Shown here: positions 13,538-24,883 of the stretch, one piece after another
How positions within the stretch are numbered: position 1 is the stretch's first letter
Layout: each line of letters begins with the position of its first letter
Source of the DNA: Lama guanicoe
Taxonomy: Eukaryota
Direction: 5' to 3'
Assembly (NCBI GenBank): GCA_013239625.1
Contig: MU054323.1
Location: 7,925,220 to 7,989,219 of the forward strand
DNA: 64,000 nucleotides
Position numbers and translations under genes: made by a program
Notes under the pieces: model-generated
Told to the model about the DNA's origin: nothing
The model's database searches: none
Seen by the model: only the letters and a program-made list of their open reading frames with translations

Positions 13538-14920
13538 TTTTCACAAAACTAGAATACCTAAAATTTATATGGAATCACAAAAGACCCAGAATTGCCAAAG
13601 CAATACTGAAGGAAAAGGATGAAGCTGGACAAATAACCCTCCCAGACTTCAGACAGTACTACAGAGCTACAGAAATCAAAACAGTGTGGTATTGGCATAA
13701 AAACACACATATGGATCAATGGAAGAGGATAGAGAGCCCAGAAATAAATCTATGCAGTTACGGTCAATTAATCTTTGACAAAGAAGGAAAGAATATACAA
13801 TAGAGAAAAGTGTTGTTAGGAAAACTGGAGAGCCACATGTAAATCAATGAAATTAGAACAATCCCTTACACCATACAGAAAAATAAACTCAAAATGGCTT
13901 AAAGACTTAAACATAAGACAAGACACTATAAACCTAGAAGAAGACATAGGTAAAACATTTTCTGACATAAATCTTAGTAATGTTCTCCTAGGGCAGTTGA
14001 CCCAAGCAGTAGAAATAAAAGCAAAAATAAACAAATGAGACCTACTTAAACTTATAAGCTTTTGCACAGCAAAGGAAACCATAAGCAAAACAAAAGACAA
14101 CCTATGGAATGGGAGAAAATATTTGCAAATGATGTGACTGACAAGGGCTTAATTTCCAGAATATATATATACAGCTGACACAACTAATAACAAAAGAAAA
14201 CCAAATCCAAAAATGGGCAGAAGACCTAAACAAGCAATTCTCCAATGACATACAAATGGCCAATAGGCACATGAAAAAATGCTCAATATCACTAATTATC
14301 AGAGAAATGCAAATCAAAACTACAATGAGGTATCACCTCACACCAGTCAGTATGGCCATCATTCAAAAGTCTACAAACAATAAATGAGGGGAAGAGAACC
14401 CTCCTACACTGTTGGTAGGAATGTAGTTTGGTGCAGCCATTATGGAAAACAGTATGGAGATTCCTCAAAAAACTAAAAATAGAATTACCATATGATCCAG
14501 CAATCACTCTGGGCATATATCTGGTGGAAACTCTAATTCAGAAAGATACATGCACCCCAATGTTCCTGGCAGCACTATTTACAACAGCCAAGATATGGAA
14601 ACAACCTATATGTCCACTGACAGATGACTGGATAAAGAAGTTGTGGTATATTTATACAATGGAATCCTACTCAGCCATAAAAAAGAATAAAGTAATGTCA
14701 CTTGCAGCAACATGGATGGACCTGGAGATTATCATTCTAAGTGAAGAAAGCCAGAAAGTGAAAGAAAAATATCATATGATATCACTTATATGTGGAATCT
14801 AAAAAAGAAAGAGAGACACAAATGAATTTATTTACAAAATAAAGACTCACAGACACAGAAAACAAACTCATGGTTACCAGGGGAAAAGGGGGGTGGGCAG
14901 GGATAAAATGGGAGTTCAAG
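13537..14920 (+). mobile_element. Younger LINE-1, 3' part of ORF2 plus partial 3' UTR
   Basis: Frameshifted ORF2p remnants [34 protein letters not shown] and [15 protein letters not shown]...YHMISLICGI* (stop at 14802). The 3' UTR is cut at ~14920 with no poly(A). Confidence 0.92.
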
Positions 14921-15204
14921 AGGAAAGCTGTCCTTCCCACAGCAGAGCTGGTGCACAGCCAATTCACTACAGTCTTTAATGGGAGTTGCAGTCAATGACT
15001 CACATCTCCCTGGCTGGCTATGCTCTTACACACATTTTCATTCCTAGCCCACCTGCATTCATTCTTAAGTCTCTTTATATGGGACCTTAAGCTGAAGTCT
15101 TCCTCAGGTGCCTCTGCTGAGGCCTCCTTCTTGGGGGAGGAAAGAGAAACTTTAAAGACACTTTCCCCAACTCTGACTCAATTCTTTCCCACTCCTAGCT
15201 CTCA

Positions 15205-15492
15205 CTATTTTAAACAGCAAAATCACAAACACTAAAATGAGAAAATCATGGCACTAAATACACTATGAAAAGAATACTTGTTGACTTTATGAAAGTTGAG
15301 ATAAGAAGGCAGATGTTGCCCTGTTTGACTTCAGCTGGGAACCTGTGCTTTGGGAGACTTGAATCTTTGGCCACTCTGTACATGTCTATGAATGACTACA
15401 AAAGAACTACAAGTATTATTTTTGGGTTATAATAAATTTTAGTGAGTGGTCAAATTCAGAGAGGGAACCTGCAAACAATAAGGACTGACCAT
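15205..15492 (-). mobile_element. TcMar-Tigger family DNA transposon fragment (MER82-like; name tentative)
   Basis: Reverse complement begins gtcagtccttattgtttgcagg...ctcactaaaattta..cccaaaa and contains ttcccagctgaagtcaaacagggc, typical of this MER family. Confidence 0.55.
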
Positions 15493-17650
15493 ATTCTGAT
15501 CACAACAAATTAAATGAGAAATCAGAAACAGAAAGATGTCTGAAATATCCCCAAATATCTAGAAATTAAACAACAGACTTCTAAATTATACATGAGTCGA
15601 AGAAGAAATCACAAGAGAAATCTGAAAATATTCTGATTTTCATGGAAGAGGAAACATAATATTAAAACATGCAGATAAAGCAATGCGAAGAGGGAAATGT
15701 GTAGCTTTATATGCTTATGTTTGAAAAGAAGGCCTAAAGTCATTGATCTAAGCTTCTGCCAGAAGAAACTAGAAAAAGAGGAGCGAATTAAACCCAAAAG
15801 CAAGCAGAAAGAAATCATGAGGTAGCTGAAATCAATAAAACAGCAAACAAACAAAATCAATCGAACTAAAAGTTGGTTCTTAGAAAGACTTATCAGGGAA
15901 AAAAGAGAAGACACAAATCGTGAACATCTGGAATGAAAGAGGAGACATCAATACAGAATATAAAGATATTAAAAGAATAATAATGTGCTATGGAGTATGT
16001 ATCTCTCTGAATAAATCTACTTTTACTAAAAAAAAGAATAATGATGAAGTATTATGAACAATTTTATTGAAATAAATTTGGCAAGTTAAATGAAATGGGA
16101 AAAATCTTTGCCAAAACAAAAAACAAAAAACAAAAAAACTACTATAGCTCACTCAAGAAATGGAGAACCTGAACAACCCTACATCTACTAAGGATATTGA
16201 ATTCATAGGAAAAACCCTTCCTAAGAAAGAAAACTCTAAGCCCATATGACTTCACTAGTAAATTCTACTAGTATTTAAGGAAGAAATAACACTAATTCTA
16301 CACAAAATCTTCCAGAAAATAGAAGAGGAAGAAATATTTTCCACCTCATTTTATGAAGCCAGTATTACCCAGATACCTACACCAGGTAAAAATATCACAA
16401 GAAAGTACTATTCCTGAGACCATTATCTCTCATGACTAGACATAAAAATCCTTTACATAATTTTAGCTGATTCAGTCAGCAATTTATAAAACAGCAAATA
16501 CATCATGACCAAGTGGAGTTTATTCCAGGAATGCAAGGCTGGTTCAATAGTTTTTTTTAAAAAATCAGTGTAACTGATATTACCAATAGACTAAAAAAGA
16601 CAAACCCACTACCACAACCACCACCACCACCAGCAACTCAGTCTTTACCTCACACCACATACAAACATTAACTTGAGTTGTAGCGCAGACCAAAATGTAA
16701 GAGCTAAACTACAAAACTTTCAGAAGAAAACACAGAAAATCTTTGTGATCTTGTTAAGGAAAAGATTTCTACAACACTGATAGCATGACCCATAAAACAG
16801 GACCTTGATATACTGGGCTTCATCAAAATCAAGAATTTCTGCTCTTAGATAGTGAAAAGACAAGCCACAGACAGGGAGAAAATATTTGCAAATCACAAAT
16901 CTCATAAAGGACTGGTATTCTGATACATAAAGAACTCTGAAACTCAATAGTAAGAACAACAACTCAAACAAAATGGGCAAAACATCTGAGCAGATATTTT
17001 ATCAGAAAATACACAGAAGGCAAATAAGCACATGAAAGAAGTTCAATATCTTTGGTCTTTAGGGAAATACAAATTAAACCTCAAGGAGACATTACTATAC
17101 TCCTACTGGAATGCCTAAAATTAAAACAGACTGAGCATGCAAAGTGTAACTAAAACTCTCATACACTGCTGGTAAGAATGCAAAATGGCATAACCACTTT
17201 GGAATCAGTTTGACAGGTTCTTAAAAGCTAAACACATCTATCATATGGAGAAGCCAACCCAGTCTTCAGTATTTGTCCAGTAGAAATGAAATATTTGTCC
17301 ATTTAAAGACTTGTGGATGAATGTTCATAGCAGCTTTATTCAGAACAGCCCCAAGCTGGAAACAACTCAAATATGCATCATTTGGTGAACAGATAACTTA
17401 TGGTGTATCTATACAGTGGAATGACATTTAGCAACAAGGAACACACTGCTGATATATGCAACAACACAGATCAATCTCGAAAGCATTATGCTAAATGAAA
17501 GACACAAAAAACTACATACTAGAAATGTTCTATTCTAGACTGTGGTGGCGTGTACACAGCTATACACATTTGTCAAAATGCAAACTATACAATAAAAATT
17601 GGTAAATTTATTGTCCTGCAAAAAACATCTCAATAGTGCTCATTTTTAAG
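15493..17650 (+). mobile_element. Old degenerate LINE-1 (L1M) ORF2/3' UTR remnant
   Basis: SDHN-like end of the endonuclease domain, then cctcattttatgaagccagtattacc, ccaggaatgcaaggctggttcaa and a C-terminal remnant; many stops and deletions. Confidence 0.8.
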
Positions 17651-18096
17651 AAATGCAAGAATGTGATAAACGTACAGTCTGGAACAGTGCTTTCCTTGGA
17701 AGAGGAGAGGTGAAGAAGTTGTGCGGGAGTAAGGAGCATATCGGTGGGCGTCAATTGTTAATATTCTCAGGTTGGTTGTTTATTACATTATTTAAAAAGA
17801 CACAAAAACTGAAGGAAGATTATCATGGATAATGATACAAGTAATTTAAGAGCCTAAAATAATGACTTAATTCAATTCTGTACTCCTGATGCCTCAATTA
17901 TAAACAACATAAAACAGAAACTGGGGTGATGTTGAAAATGATTTAGTATTAGCTATTTTTAGAAGACTTCACCCTTCAAAATGATGACTCATTTCTTAAG
18001 TGTTTGAGCTTCACTCTAACCAATATTCAAGATATTAATTAACTCTTTAAGAAAATAACTACATAAGGCCCAAGTCTGAGGCATGTTAACACTTAC

Positions 18097-18199
18097 CCAG
18101 GGGTTCCACCAGTTGGTCAACCAGTCCCATTTTCTTTGCTCTGTCTGCACGAATGTTTCTACCTGTCAGCATCATGTCAAAAGCAGCAGGCACACCCAC
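18097..18199 (-). CDS. HADHA: HADHA exon 7 (103 nt)
   Basis: Encodes [34 protein letters not shown](G); aag/gtaagt. Confidence 0.97.
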
Positions 18200-19409
18200 C
18201 TTAACAGGCAAGCAAGGATTAGACCAGAGGGGGAAAAATATCAGAGTGACAATTACAATTTACAAATCATCCAACTGAGCAAAAAAAGTATTAAAATGCA
18301 AAAAGTTCAACCAGATTTTTACACTATTTATCAATAAGTGAGATTTTCTACACTGATACACATTCAGATAACTTTTGGGATTAGAAACCTCCAGCTGAAG
18401 CAAAAATGTCTTTATGTCTCTTAATTTAGTATGTAGGATTTCCTTTTTATGGATTGATAAGATAGAGAAATAATTTCATGTATCCTAACATTGTATTATT
18501 CTGAGTTTCTTTTCTATCATTTATGTAACATTTAAAATTCCTATACAGAATCAGTGGAGATTCTGAGGAATGTGATATTTTAACAACGTCAAAAGAAATT
18601 TCTAAAACAAGAATCTTGGGTTTAACAAAAACAGAACTCAGCTAGGGCTTTGTATATAGGTACTAGAAGAACAGCTTCTAGCAACACTCAATATCAGCTA
18701 TAATAAAACACAGCAAAAGAAACTCGGCAATATTTTCTACACACATACAGGCTTATTCATTCTTTCAATAAATCCTCCTGACAATTCCTGTGAAGAAATG
18801 CACACTTTTTTACTATCAGACAATAAATGCCATGAACTTTCCCATTTCTTCTGTGCCCAGCTCATGTCAACTCCTCTCCAAAGAGTATTTCTGCTGAGTG
18901 TTGTTTTCACTGAAAAGCTATAGAACTAGAGGCTATGAGGTTCAGTGGGGCCTAAGTTTGATATTAAGGCTCTGCAGCCTCCAGGTTGCACTGTTCTTCC
19001 TTCTCCTTTAAAATTCAAAAACCTGATGGGCTGGCCTCTTTTGGTTCTCCAGAACACCACAGTGAGATCAGCCAAACCAGGGGAAAGGTTTGCCTCTTAC
19101 AGTTACCGTGAAATAAGATCCATGGATTTGAAAAACTGGTAAGCTGGTACTATGCAGAGAAAGAACAAATTAACCTGTAAGTCCTAGAAAGCAAGATGTG
19201 TATCTTATTTACCTCTTCCCTTCTTTAGGGACTAACAGTAATTCTGATCAAGGAATTGAAAAAATAAATAAAAAGTAGAACTGGAAAAAAAAAACTATCA
19301 AGAATAAAATTTGCTATTGATCCTTTACAATGAATACCCATATTTTATCTTTTGTACAAGAGGAAATAGAGCTAAAGGGGCATATAGTATCAGGGGGTCT
19401 TAAACTCAC

Positions 19410-19529
19410 CATTTTGGGCAGCCTTTGTGTTCCTCCTGCTCCTGGTAACAATCCCAGCAAGACTTCGGGGGAACCTAATACTGTTTTCTTATCTTTTGTT
19501 GCTATTCTGTATTGGCATGAAATGGCAAG
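19410..19529 (-). CDS. HADHA: HADHA exon 6 (120 nt), enoyl-CoA hydratase domain with second catalytic Glu (PEV)
   Basis: Encodes [40 protein letters not shown]; aag/gtgagt. Confidence 0.97.
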
Positions 19530-20520
19530 CTTCAAACAAAAGAAAATTAGAATGTTAGAAAATGTAATTTTATAACACCTGAGGATCTGTGACGGTCTAA
19601 AGATCACTTACATGGCAGGAATGTGCCCTTGGAATAAACTGAAACTCCTCAGGTTGGCATTTGATGCTTTCTACAATTCACCTTTCTGGCCTTACTTCAT
19701 ACTTTCCCCCTAATTTATTAACCTTTTTGGGGGTTGAAAGTCTTTTTAAAAATCAGCTGAAAGTTATTGAAGCTCTCAATGGAAAAATGCATACACAATT
19801 ATACACACACCCCAGGGTAAGAAACCCTATACCCTACAGAGACCCTTCAGTCAAGCATGTCTACTTACGGTGTCCTAATTAGGCTTTGCTTATCCTTGTG
19901 TCTGCTCACACCCTGCCGCATGCAGATTGCTTTTTTCTCGTTATTTTCTGGTTAATCAAATTCTGCCTACCCTTTAGGACCAGGCACAGGTTTCCTTAAT
20001 CAATATATGTGAAAGTGTCTGGTATAGGGCCTGGCATGTGATAAATGCTCAATACATGTTATTTTCTCCTCTCCCTACCTGTTTTCCTACATGCTGCAGT
20101 CTGGTAAGCATCTCTTCTCTCAAATCCTGTGTTATTTACCATCTTCACTGCTCACAAGACACTTGACATGTATGATGCTTTCTGTGTCTCAACTAGACTT
20201 AAGTAGCTGAAGAGCATGGGTCATACTTCTAAATCTTTGCCCTGAAAATTTGGACAAGTTTTTTTTTTAGAACTGAAAGAGACCTTAGAGATCTAGTTCA
20301 GATCTCCTCAATTTATAAATAAAAACATCATGTTTTGGTTCACTTGCTCTGTGCTATGAGAATAATGATAAAAACCTAACCAGAAGTTTGATAACTAAAA
20401 GGAAAGCTGATTCTCCTTCAAGAAATTTTCTCAGGCAAAATAGTAGCCTAAAGGTTTGCAGCTGGTGAATCCCAACAATGAGCTGGACAGAGTCTCAATG
20501 ACTTTGGAATAAATTTGTAC

Positions 20521-20659
20521 CTCAAGTCCTCCTCCTAAGCAGGATCCACTGATGGCAGCCACAATAGGCTTTGTGGATTTCTCAAGTTTCTCAAATGTTC
20601 TGTGTGCTTCCTGTGATATTTGTGTTACCTCTTGAGAGGTCTTGCAAGCATTTAACATA
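20521..20659 (-). CDS. HADHA: HADHA exon 5 (139 nt), crotonase GGGLE motif with first catalytic Glu
   Basis: Encodes [46 protein letters not shown]; cag/gtacaa. Confidence 0.97.
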
Positions 20660-21779
20660 CTGTCGGAAACATGAAAGCAGAGAACAGAAACAAACAAACA
20701 AACAAACAAAAAACAAAAGTGAAACATTAACCTACTTTGTTCAACAATGCATCCACTATATCCTTACCCTATTACATATCAATATTTGGTAGTGAATCTT
20801 CAAATAATCAAAAATTTAAGAATAGTTTTGCCTCAGATAGCACTAATATCAGTGATATCTCTCCATAAAGAGTGTTAAATTTCTGGATTCAGAGATCAAG
20901 AAACAAAACATGCTGCATTATTTGTTTTGATAACAAATCATTAGATTACAAAGCTCTGTACATGAGAAAATTATCTTCTGGTAAATATCTTCACTATCAG
21001 ACTAAACATTTCCACTATCAGGTAGCTTTCTGATTAAGCAGCAATCAAAATGACAGGGAAAAAAAAAGGTTCCAATTTTTTAGAGGGATCTAAAACCTTT
21101 AAATAGATCCCCTAATGATTAAAAAAGAACTGTTAATAATAATATTGTGAGTTACTCACTGTCTTTTAATTTCAGTTTGTTTCATTTGCTACTTACCTTG
21201 TTTCTAAACACACTTAAGCTATGGATTTTGTACTATTGACCAAAGATAACAAATTTTTGTCATTTTATATGCTGAGAGTTGCTCAGCTAGCCTCACAGAA
21301 GCTGCAAGTATCTTCCTATGGATTTAGGTAACTACTGCCAGGTTCACCCGTGTCTGTTAGGCTTAAATCACCAAACCAGGAGAATAGCACTTGATAGAGA
21401 TAATTTTGCTTTTTCTAAAAAAAAAAACACTAAATAAACAGAATATTTTAAAATTTTTAATTACTATACATAAGCAAAAAAAGGTAAACAATATTGAACA
21501 AAGTTTAAAAATATACAAACATCTTAAGTACAAATTACTAAGCCGATAATGCTAGCTATCACTGCCTAAAAGTGTAGAATTATATAACAAATGACCATAT
21601 TTTGACAGAATTAACAACTTAACATTTAATCCATTAAACTAACACTAAGATATCATTTCTCCTTAATTTGCTCTGAAAAATTGTAAACAAGTTATATATA
21701 CATGCATTCTATCATTGAAAAAAAAAAGAAAATATTAGCTGTATTAATAAAAGTTTCCTTTGACTGCCTCAGGTTCTAC

Positions 21780-22380
21780 CAGCCACTTTACCCTGAAACA
21801 AATCATTTTCATGTTTGTAGTGCATTCTTCAAACCAACTACATATTTGTATCCATAAATAATACAAGGAAGTATTTTATGCATTGTTTAAAAATGTTTAT
21901 ATAAAAGTACATAGCAAAGATACTGCAACTTGCTTTTTTTAAACTTAACATTGTTTCTGAGTTCTAACATTATGCTGTAGATCTGGTTAGTTTCTTTCAA
22001 CTGTTTTACAGTATTTTCTCTTATGAATATTCCACATTTACTTACCTATTTCCCTAGTGACTAACATTTAGCTTGTTTCAAATCCTTCATTATTTTAAAC
22101 TACACAGGACTGAACATTCTTATACGTAAGTTCTTAAAAACAAAGAGGAAGATTTCTCTAGCATATACACCTAGAAGAGGTATCACTTGATTATATGATA
22201 CATGCATTTTCAATTTTACTAAATTTTACCAAATTGCTCTCCAAAGTGGCTATATCAATTGGCATTTCTACTAGTAATATTTAACTTTCTCATTTTCCAA
22301 AGTCCTTGCTAACATGATATTTTCAAACTTTTAAATGAGGGGTGAAAAAAGGCATCTCATTGTTAGTTTAATTTTATAGT
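21780..22380 (-). mobile_element. Ancient LINE-1 remnant
   Basis: ccaaattgctctccaaagtgg and ggcatctcattgttagtttaatt are antisense L1 motifs. Confidence 0.6.
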
Positions 22381-22626
22381 ATTTTTCGTTCTACTCAAAC
22401 ATTGCTGCTTGAACCACTTTCAACCCCTTTATGAAAAGGCTGTAGTCTTATAAGGTTTAAGTAATAAGCCCCTCTTTTTAAATCAACTTTATTATACCTG
22501 TGAAAAAAACTTAAAAAGCTTTCAGAGAAAATGTACTTCCACATTCTTTTAAAATGAGAAATAATGAAGCCTAAAAACATACTATTAGCCAAGATAAAAG
22601 GTGACTTCAAATTCTCTAAAACTTAC

Positions 22627-22760
22627 TTGATATCAGCACCTGCAATGAAGCAGCCTGGCTTTGATGAGATAAGGACAACACTTCTAATTTGATCACTAGA
22701 CCAGACTTCATTCATCACTTCTAAGAACTCTGAATGCAGCTCTTGATCCAGAGTATTTAC
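22627..22760 (-). CDS. HADHA: HADHA exon 4 (134 nt)
   Basis: Encodes [44 protein letters not shown](N), including the crotonase FIAGADI motif; cag/gtaagt. Confidence 0.97.
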
Positions 22761-24063
22761 CTGACAAAGGGAAATACATATAAATCTAAGAGTTTAAATT
22801 TTAAGTAAAAGATGTGCAAATCCCCATCAAATGCTATTTTTGACTACAGGAAATATGTTTATCTAGGAAAAGTATACTGTTAGAAGAAAAAGAGATAGGG
22901 AAACAAACAAACAAAAAACTTAGTAGCTGTCTATTCAGAAGCTTTGGCCAGCTGTAAGCATCCCTCCCTTTAAAATTAGTTCTACTCAAAGGAGGAACTC
23001 AGGGTCATATTCCTAAGAGGCTGAATCATATGCAGGATATAAATAAATTTACAAACATTTATCAGTGTGGAAAAAATCCATATAATGTTAAGGAGCAAAA
23101 GGAATCAAAATTGGACATATATATGATTCTAATTTTGCAAATATTGTTTGTTTAAACTGGATTAAATGTAAAAGTGGTTATCTATGGGTCTGGAGTATAA
23201 AAGATTGTTATTGTCCACCTTATAGATTTAAAATTTCCTACTATAGGCATGTGTTATTTTTGTGTTCAGGAAAAATGCTCAGCTTGGAAAATTCTGAAAC
23301 AATATCTTAAGTTTGAATCGTTGGTCAGTAAATGGCAAGATTTACTCTAGTGAGGGGGACTGGCTCTTATTTTCCTTAATTTGTGATAGTTGTTAATTGC
23401 TTCCATCTAGGTCCTCCTACTTCATTTAGGTCTCTGGTAACAAGATTTCTGAAATACGAAATCATTACATCAACTTCAGGTGGAGGAAAAGCTTGAGCTC
23501 TGGCAATAAAGCTCTTTTTGGTAAAAGACTGGGTTAATGTCACACGCTTTGCTAAAGTTGCCAAAACAAGTGAAGCTCCACTTGGAACAGAACTTGATTT
23601 CCAATATATGAACTGCATCAAGTCATTCAGTTCCTTCAGGAAGCTTGGCAATGACATTTAACCCAGCCAACCTACTATGAATAATGACTATGTCAGGCAG
23701 GTAATGAAGAAAGCTGATTTAATAACCTCATAGATAAGATGGATAGATCAGATTCGATTCTTATAAACAAAGCTTGTACTTTGGTTCTGATCTAATAAAT
23801 CACCTTCTCACCATTCTACACTGTAACAGAAGGCTAGTTTTATTAAACCTTGATGTTAATCTGACATCTAAGGTCAATTAGAAGGAATTCTTAAACAAGG
23901 ACCTGTGCTTCAGGAAACTGCATTCCTTGGGCAATTTCTCACACTCTAACCATCAAAACAGATAAGATTACTGCCAGATTGGTGGATTCATTTCTTTGCC
24001 ATTTAGGACTGGATTAATGAATGTAGTACACAGAAATAAACTGCAGCAAGTTAAATTAGGTAC

Positions 24064-24134
24064 CTTTGAATTGGGTGAGTTAATTCGAATAACTGCCACA
24101 TCCCCTTTGACTCCATAGTTAATATGGGTTCTGC
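24064..24134 (-). CDS. HADHA: HADHA exon 3 (71 nt)
   Basis: Encodes (S)[23 protein letters not shown]; tag/gtacct. Confidence 0.96.
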
Positions 24135-24221
24135 CTAAAAAGAGAAGGAAAATGTACTTGTAAACATGTTTATTGCTAAATAAAAAGATACATAAGCATG
24201 TCCACGAGAAATTAAACTTAC

Positions 24222-24263
24222 TCAGCAAAGCAGAGGACCCTGCGAAGTTGCGACAAACATAAC
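24222..24263 (-). CDS. HADHA: HADHA exon 2 (42 nt), end of mitochondrial presequence
   Basis: Encodes (G)[13 protein letters not shown](S); cag/gtaagt. Confidence 0.95.
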   Translation of the reverse strand, partial: VMFVATSQGPLLC

Positions 24264-24456
24264 CTGTAAGAAAAAGGTATTTCAAAATTAATTATTTTAC
24301 AAAACAGAATTTCTGTAGTACCTGCTATATATAAGAAAGTGGAGTTTATAACAGCAAAGAGACAAAATTAGAATAATGTGTCCTAGGCCATTACTGTGAC
24401 CACTATTATATCTTTTTGCTTCAATTATCAGGTCATACGATTATTTGGATACTCAA

Positions 24457-24883
24457 TGTGGTAGGTAGAAGAATGGCCCCTCAAGGATGTCCACGTCCCC
24501 CAAAACTGAATATGCTAGGTTATATGGCAAAAGGAAATTAAGGTTGCAGGTGGAATTCAAGTGGCTAATTAGCTGATCTTAATACAGGGAGATTATCCAG
24601 GATTATCCAGGTGGGCCCAGTGTAATTTATAAAGGGGGAGAAAAAGACAAAGAGAACAAGAGGTGCCAAGGTTAGAAACCATTTTGCTGGCTTTGAAGTT
24701 AAGGTATGTAGGCAGCCTCTGAAAGCAGGAAAAGGCTTCCAGAACAAACACAGCCCGGCCACCACCTTTGATTTTAGCCCAATGAGACTCATTTCTGACA
24801 TCCAAAACTGAAAGATAATAAAACTGTATTGTTTCAGACATTAAGTTTATGGAAATTTAGGGCAGCAATAGGAAACAAATACA
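24457..24883 (+). mobile_element. MaLR solo LTR (MLT1D-like)
   Basis: TG...CA termini (tgtggtaggtagaagaatggccc ... gcagcaataggaaacaaataca) and internal gattatccaggtgggccc and accttgattttagccc motifs; begins about 190 bp into HADHA intron 1 from the exon 2 acceptor. Confidence 0.8.

Noticed and set aside
21080..21114. Hairpin gggatcta...tagatccc
   Set aside because: An 8-bp stem in AT-rich intron is expected by chance in 64 kb.
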